Source of the DNA: Bacteroidales bacterium
GTDB taxonomy: Bacteria; Bacteroidota; Bacteroidia; Bacteroidales; Muribaculaceae
Assembly: GCA_900770215.1 (NCBI GenBank)
Contig: CAAGJW010000037.1
Location: 28,322 to 92,321, forward strand
Reading direction: 5' to 3'
Length of the DNA: 64,000 nucleotides
This document shows positions 58,922 to 64,000 of this stretch, one piece after another. Position numbers and translations under genes: made by a program. The notes under the pieces were generated by a model. The model saw only the letters and a list, made by a program, of their open reading frames with translations, did no database searches and was not told where the DNA came from. Each line of letters starts with the position of its first letter. The first letter of the stretch is position 1.

Positions 58922-61063
58922 ATGAACAAGCACTTAGACATACTTGCAAAGAGTGAAAGCAACGGTAGCACAAGTCTATACCAGCACCTCAAGGATGTGG
59001 CTGACATCGCTGTTGTCATTGCCCGAAACGAGGGCATGGACGTGCGTACTGCCATGCTGGGAGCATTGCTTCACGATATAGGCAAAGCAAGCAGTGTTTT
59101 CCAGAAAATGCTGAGTCCGTCATTCCACCCAGCACCTCATTTTGCGTTCCGTCACGAGATTGCCTCCTTGTTTTTTCTTTCGGTCATCGAGGAAGAGCGA
59201 CGCGACCAAGTGATTGAAATGGTAGCGGCACATCACAAGTCGGTCTACAAAGACGTCAGAGCATTAGGACTGCTTGATCTGGACGAAACGATAGATGCCT
59301 TTGGCCGACATGCCAAAGACTTCGACAAGTGGAGTCCCGCAGCACTTGAGATACTTGCCTCGCTGGGCATGGAGGTGCACCCCATATCCCTTGACGAGGC
59401 GAAAGCTAGCTATGACTACGCCATAGACTACTGTGCATCTCGCCCCCTCGGGTGCTCAATGTGGAAAGGCCTGCTCATGGCTGCCGATCACATGGCCTCG
59501 GGCATGGCTTGGCGAAAGGAGATGGCCACCGATAAAATATTTATCAAGCCCGACTTGTCGTTTTACAACAGGAAGAACGAGCTCTTTCCCCTTTCACTTC
59601 TCGATGCCAGCGACCCTCGCGTGCACACTATAGTGTGCGCCCCTACAGGCGCAGGCAAAACCGACTTCTTGCTGCGACGCTGCCGCGGGCGCGTGTTTTA
59701 CACATTGCCATTCCAGGCATCAATCAATGCAATGTATGACCGCATCAAAGCCGACTTGAGCCCGACTACAGCACAAGTGTGCCTCCTTCACGCGGCCTCA
59801 AGCCTGAAAATGAAAAACGGCACTGTCGAGGAGCGCATCATGCAGAAAATGGCGGGAGCGTCGATCAAGGTGATGACCCCTCACCAAATGGCAAGCATTG
59901 TATATGGCATCAAGGGCTTTGAAGCAATGGCCCTTGACTTAAAAGGATGCGACGTGATACTCGACGAGATCCACACCTATTCCGACACCATCCAAGCTAT
60001 CGTGCTTCGCATTGTCGACATCCTTGTAGCCCTTGGCTGCCGTATCCACGTGGGCACTGCCACCATGCCATCGGTGCTGTACAACGAGATACTTAAGCGA
60101 TTGGGCGGTCCCTGCAACGTGTATCAGGTGAGACTCGATGAGTCCACCCTAAACACATTCACGCGACACAGGGTGTTCAAACTGCACAACAGCAACGATA
60201 TTGTGCAAACTCTTGATAAACTGATCGAGAATAATCAAAAAGTTCTCTTGGTGTACAACCGTATCAACCGAGCCCAGGACGCTTTCGAGTATGTCAAAGA
60301 CCATTACCCACACATTCCCTCCCTGCTCATTCACAGCAGATACAAGCGTGCCGACCGAGCCGAGCTGGAGGCACAACTCACGAGCCACTTCAACGGCATG
60401 ACTAACGCTTGCATTGTGGTATCGACCCAAGTAGTAGAGGTGAGTCTCGATATCAGCTTTGACGCCATGATCACCGAGTGTGCTCCCATCGACGCCCTCA
60501 TCCAGCGTTTTGGACGTGTCAATCGCAAGCGCACGCCTGCCACCATAGGCCACTACAAGCCTGTGTATGTCATAGAGCCGCCTGCCGACAAGAAGGAAGC
60601 ACCGCCCTACTCGCTTGATGTGCTGGAACGCACTTTCAGCGTTCTGCCCTCGGAGGGAGAACTCTTGAACGAGAACCAGCTGCAAGCGATGATCGACAGC
60701 GTGTACACCGACAACCTGGAAGTGGAGAATATCGACTTCACGGGCGCCATCTTCAACAATGGTCAATGGATGCTGAAGGAACTGTGGCACCGAGCAAAGT
60801 CGGCATTGCTCGAGGCTCTCGACATCAACTCGGCTGTGTGCATCACCCAGAGCGACAAAGACAGCTACCCTGATGCCGACAACTTGACAAGGCAGCTCAT
60901 GGAGATTCCTGTCAGTTTCCACTCGATCGCTCATCGCAACCTGGACCAGCTCGACACTGGATCACGCCCATTTGTCATCCCCGACAAAGCCTACGACACC
61001 ACTATGGGGCTGCTTATAGACGAGGCTTTTCCCTGTAACTATAAACTTTTTGAACTTATATAA
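58922..61063 (+). CDS. cas3: CRISPR-associated nuclease/helicase Cas3
   Basis: HD domain (HL, LHDIGKA, RHE, HH, AADH) fused to SF2 helicase (APTGAGKT, DEIH, TAT, HSRY, STQVVEVSLDI, QRFGRVNR). Confidence 0.97.
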   Translation: MNKHLDILAKSESNGSTSLYQHLKDVADIAVVIARNEGMDVRTAMLGALLHDIGKASSVFQKMLSPSFHPAPHFAFRHEIASLFFLSVIEEERRDQVIEMVAAHHKSVYKDVRALGLLDLDETIDAFGRHAKDFDKWSPAALEILASLGMEVHPISLDEAKASYDYAIDYCASRPLGCSMWKGLLMAADHMASGMAWRKEMATDKIFIKPDLSFYNRKNELFPLSLLDASDPRVHTIVCAPTGAGKTDFLLRRCRGRVFYTLPFQASINAMYDRIKADLSPTTAQVCLLHAASSLKMKNGTVEERIMQKMAGASIKVMTPHQMASIVYGIKGFEAMALDLKGCDVILDEIHTYSDTIQAIVLRIVDILVALGCRIHVGTATMPSVLYNEILKRLGGPCNVYQVRLDESTLNTFTRHRVFKLHNSNDIVQTLDKLIENNQKVLLVYNRINRAQDAFEYVKDHYPHIPSLLIHSRYKRADRAELEAQLTSHFNGMTNACIVVSTQVVEVSLDISFDAMITECAPIDALIQRFGRVNRKRTPATIGHYKPVYVIEPPADKKEAPPYSLDVLERTFSVLPSEGELLNENQLQAMIDSVYTDNLEVENIDFTGAIFNNGQWMLKELWHRAKSALLEALDINSAVCITQSDKDSYPDADNLTRQLMEIPVSFHSIAHRNLDQLDTGSRPFVIPDKAYDTTMGLLIDEAFPCNYKLFELI

Positions 61064-61074
61064 CGCATTTACAC

Positions 61075-62412
61075 ATGATAACATCAACAATTGGCCGCAT
61101 GCTGCTCGAGGCCTACAACGAAAGAGAGGGCACACATCATGATGCCCACACTTTCTTCACCCAGATTTTCTGCCCGCTCTTCTTTGATCACCACAAGTAT
61201 ATGATGACTGCAGGCAACTCCCCCTTGGAGAATCCGAAACTCAGTTGGGCCGACATGATTGCTGGAAAGAAACCCTGGGAGACGCCAGAGCAAAGGAAAA
61301 ACAGATTTGACAAGCTGATGTCAAAAATTGACGCCGGAGTGAACGATGCAAGCGTGGCCAGAGGCTACCCCATAACCGACGTGGAGGGAACAACTTCGGG
61401 CCAGGTCACCGATATGGTTCTTCCACTGTCGCAAGACGACGTCATGCTTTCGTGGGTGGGCGACGCTCTGGGCGTGGGCGTACAAGGCGGATTCTCCATC
61501 CTTTTCTTCCACAAGCAGTTATTGCTTGACATCTTCGACGGCTGGAAACTTTATCGCCAGCTTCTGGAAAACACGCGATTGCTAAAAGGAAATCAAATCA
61601 ACACTTGGAATGGGCAATGGCTCGTGCACTACTTGGACCCTCAAGAATATATTCCATCGGCGCCAATGGCTGGTTTCAACCCCTATGACCTGGCGGCAAG
61701 CGGCGGTACCATGAGCCTCGACACGCAATCCTGGTCCAAGGTGCTCATCGCTATTACCCGTAAATATAGCGAGGCTCAAATCATGGGATACATCTACACC
61801 ATTGGCCAGATGAATACAACACTCGGATTTATCCCGTTCAATCTTTCCCAAATACGCAGACCCCTGCAACTTTACGTCAAGTACTTCGGGATGGACAATG
61901 CAAAAGAGGCCGAAGACCTCTGGGGCACAGGGCTAGGATTTAAACGGGCATGCCAGGAAGGCATCATCGGCATGTATGCCATGAAGCCAAAAGGCCTGGA
62001 AAAATACATGAAACAGGGCGGCAACATGCCCAAACCTGCGATAAATAAAGAACAACAAATCAATTACAATGTTTATAAAATATGGTTATTAGCTATGCTT
62101 AACAACGATGAATTTTGGGATAAGTCTCAAGAGCTGGCACAGCTGCTCATGGAGGCTTCGGTCGATGAGAAGAAAAAAATTAGTACAAAGTCGAGCAACC
62201 TTGTGCAAGCGGTGCTCACATCAACCAGCAAGAGGCAATTTGCCGCCGCGGCAACCGAGTTGCTCGCCAACGTGCCCAGCGACGTTGCCAGCGGCCTTGC
62301 CGACACGCTGGCAAACGCGGTGAAAGAAGTGCACCTCATGCCTAACGACAATGTACCCTACTTCTTGACGCTTGTGCGTTTTCAATATGCCTACTTAAAC
62401 AAAAAACAATAA
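61075..62412 (+). CDS. cas8: type I large subunit Cas8 (Bacteroidetes I-B variant, inferred from position and size)
   Basis: 445 aa between cas3 and cas7; helical C-terminus; no other family recognised. Confidence 0.7.
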   Translation: MITSTIGRMLLEAYNEREGTHHDAHTFFTQIFCPLFFDHHKYMMTAGNSPLENPKLSWADMIAGKKPWETPEQRKNRFDKLMSKIDAGVNDASVARGYPITDVEGTTSGQVTDMVLPLSQDDVMLSWVGDALGVGVQGGFSILFFHKQLLLDIFDGWKLYRQLLENTRLLKGNQINTWNGQWLVHYLDPQEYIPSAPMAGFNPYDLAASGGTMSLDTQSWSKVLIAITRKYSEAQIMGYIYTIGQMNTTLGFIPFNLSQIRRPLQLYVKYFGMDNAKEAEDLWGTGLGFKRACQEGIIGMYAMKPKGLEKYMKQGGNMPKPAINKEQQINYNVYKIWLLAMLNNDEFWDKSQELAQLLMEASVDEKKKISTKSSNLVQAVLTSTSKRQFAAAATELLANVPSDVASGLADTLANAVKEVHLMPNDNVPYFLTLVRFQYAYLNKKQ

Positions 62413-62414
62413 AA

Positions 62415-63491
62415 ATGACAATTATGAATCAAAATCCTTTCATTTATTTGCGTGGATTGCGCCACGCCGATTTCACAGTATTCTGTGTTGCCGAAGGGCA
62501 GAAAAACTATTGGGATCCACAATTTTCACGTTTCATTCCCTATTCCAGCGGTCAGCAGGTGAAGCGGTCGATCATGGAGACGCTCAACGAGCAACTTCAT
62601 GCCGAACCGTCGCCCGTCACCTTCTACTTCGACGTGAACAACAAAGGCGCCATCAAAGAGGGAGAAGTCATCTCGCTGTGCGACCCCAGCTACCCTGATC
62701 AACTCATAGGCGGCTGGATGAGTGCATCCCAGGGCGGCAAGAGCAAAACGCTCAAGCGCCGCAGCCCGCTCAGCATCTCGGCCATGACCGCGCTACACCC
62801 GCTACTGGCATCGTTGCCCAGCGAGAACATATCGTTCGACCGCTCCGACAGGCCCAATGTGCACAAAGTGGTAGTGAGAGACGCCTCGGGCCACCCGCTC
62901 GACGAGCAAGAAATCGAGCAGCTGCTCGCCGGTAGCGACCGCAGCCTGCTACGCAAGTGGATCCAGGGCAACAGCCGCGCCACGGGCCTCTTTGTATATG
63001 ACATCGCCATCGACCTGCGCCGTCTCTTCTGTGTTCCCACTACGGGCCTGGAACCCGAGGTGTCCAGCGACACCCTCAAGAAGCTCGAAGACAATGGCTG
63101 GACCGAAGCCAAAAATGTGTTTGGTCCATGCCTTGTAATGCCCAAGCCCATGCGCGACAACATCATTCCCGCGCTGGCCGAAGCCATTATCAACTGGCAC
63201 ATCACCTCCAACCAGTCGCGCACTTTCGGCCTCATGGAGACCCTAGCCGTGGCCATCAGCGACAATGCCAATACAGTGGCCGCCGCCATTCGCTCCAAGC
63301 TCATCGACGACGGCAGTGGCAAGCCAAAAGCCAAGCCCATCGTTGACGGAAACACCAAGGCCGACACCTTCGTCACGCTGCCCTGCGCGGGATATGTCGT
63401 GACCGAAGACGAGAAAGCCGATGCTCTGGAAATGGCTAAGCACAACCTCGTGAAACGCTTGAACGACTTCGACTACGAACACCAAATTTAG
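62415..63491 (+). CDS. cas7: CRISPR-associated backbone protein Cas7
   Basis: 358 aa; PYSSGQQVKRSI, DQLIGGWM, LKRRSPLSIS, GLFVYDIAIDL fit Cas7 motif order. Confidence 0.82.
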   Translation: MTIMNQNPFIYLRGLRHADFTVFCVAEGQKNYWDPQFSRFIPYSSGQQVKRSIMETLNEQLHAEPSPVTFYFDVNNKGAIKEGEVISLCDPSYPDQLIGGWMSASQGGKSKTLKRRSPLSISAMTALHPLLASLPSENISFDRSDRPNVHKVVVRDASGHPLDEQEIEQLLAGSDRSLLRKWIQGNSRATGLFVYDIAIDLRRLFCVPTTGLEPEVSSDTLKKLEDNGWTEAKNVFGPCLVMPKPMRDNIIPALAEAIINWHITSNQSRTFGLMETLAVAISDNANTVAAAIRSKLIDDGSGKPKAKPIVDGNTKADTFVTLPCAGYVVTEDEKADALEMAKHNLVKRLNDFDYEHQI

Positions 63492-63494
63492 GCG

Positions 63495-64000
63495 ATGAAC
63501 GTCACAGGAACTCACTTCAACTACTTCATGGTGTGCCGGCGCAAGCTGTGGCTGTGGGCGCACGGCATCACCATGGAGCAGGAGTCGGAGCTCGTGTATG
63601 AGGGCAAGCTCCTGCACGAGAACAGCTACCCACAGCGCAGTCCAAACTGCGAGGAGATAGCACTCGACGGCATCAAAGTGGACTTCTACAACGCGGCGAA
63701 GCACGAAATACACGAGATCAAGAAGACCGACAAGCTGAGCAACGCTGCCTTGTGGCAACTCAAGTATTACCTCTACGTGTTTGAAACGCATGGCGTCGAC
63801 GACATCAAGGGCATACTTGAGTTCCCGCGGCAGCGAAAAACGCAGACCGTGACACTCAACAGCGACGATCGCATTGCAATCGAGCAAACGCTTGACAAAA
63901 TCGAAGAGCTGTGCAAGCAAGAGGAATGCCCCCCGCCACTCTACAAAGCGCTGTGCAAAAAATGCAGCTACTACGAGTTTTGCTATACCACCGAAACAGA
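63495..64000 (+). CDS. cas4: CRISPR-associated exonuclease Cas4 (runs off window end)
   Basis: Hand-translated: MNVTGTHFNYFMVCRRKLWL...GKLLHE...IKVDF...HEIKK...WQLKYYL...CKKCSYYEFC (4-Cys Fe-S and RecB-like motifs). Confidence 0.95.
   Translation, partial: MNVTGTHFNYFMVCRRKLWLWAHGITMEQESELVYEGKLLHENSYPQRSPNCEEIALDGIKVDFYNAAKHEIHEIKKTDKLSNAALWQLKYYLYVFETHGVDDIKGILEFPRQRKTQTVTLNSDDRIAIEQTLDKIEELCKQEECPPPLYKALCKKCSYYEFCYTTET

Overview
A 64 kb chromosomal segment from a GC-rich Bacteroidales bacterium. TAnnTTTG-type promoters, T9SS-like C-terminal domains and a dockerin suggest Muribaculaceae/Prevotella-like, but the taxon is inferred, not confirmed. Housekeeping content: tRNA-Pro, aspS, queF-C-D-E, guaA, corA, znuA/C, pepO, MATE, OPT, CPA2/MgtC and copA-copZ. 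It also carries several large secreted proteins (two ~1980-aa GLUG-type paralogs, an FN3-repeat protein, a CotH kinase, a dockerin protein), GH5 and GH13 hydrolases, a frameshifted DUF1016/YhcG nuclease gene, an internally deleted class C group II intron, an orphan vsr, and the first part of a Bacteroidetes-type I-B CRISPR-Cas operon (cas6-5-3-8-7-4; cas1/2 and the array are outside the window). Most interesting unannotated signals: (1) a 17-codon acidic/proline uORF coupled to two mutually exclusive hairpins, one sequestering the corA start codon (candidate Mg2+ translational attenuator); (2) an intact-frame Cu P1B-ATPase lacking its entire nucleotide-binding domain; (3) a structured leader RNA before the DUF1016 nuclease, whose coding linker holds two DNA palindromes; (4) a candidate hidden Cas11 start inside cas8; (5) 21-bp-spaced direct repeats at the copA and mannanase promoters, possibly read by the HMA-AraC protein.
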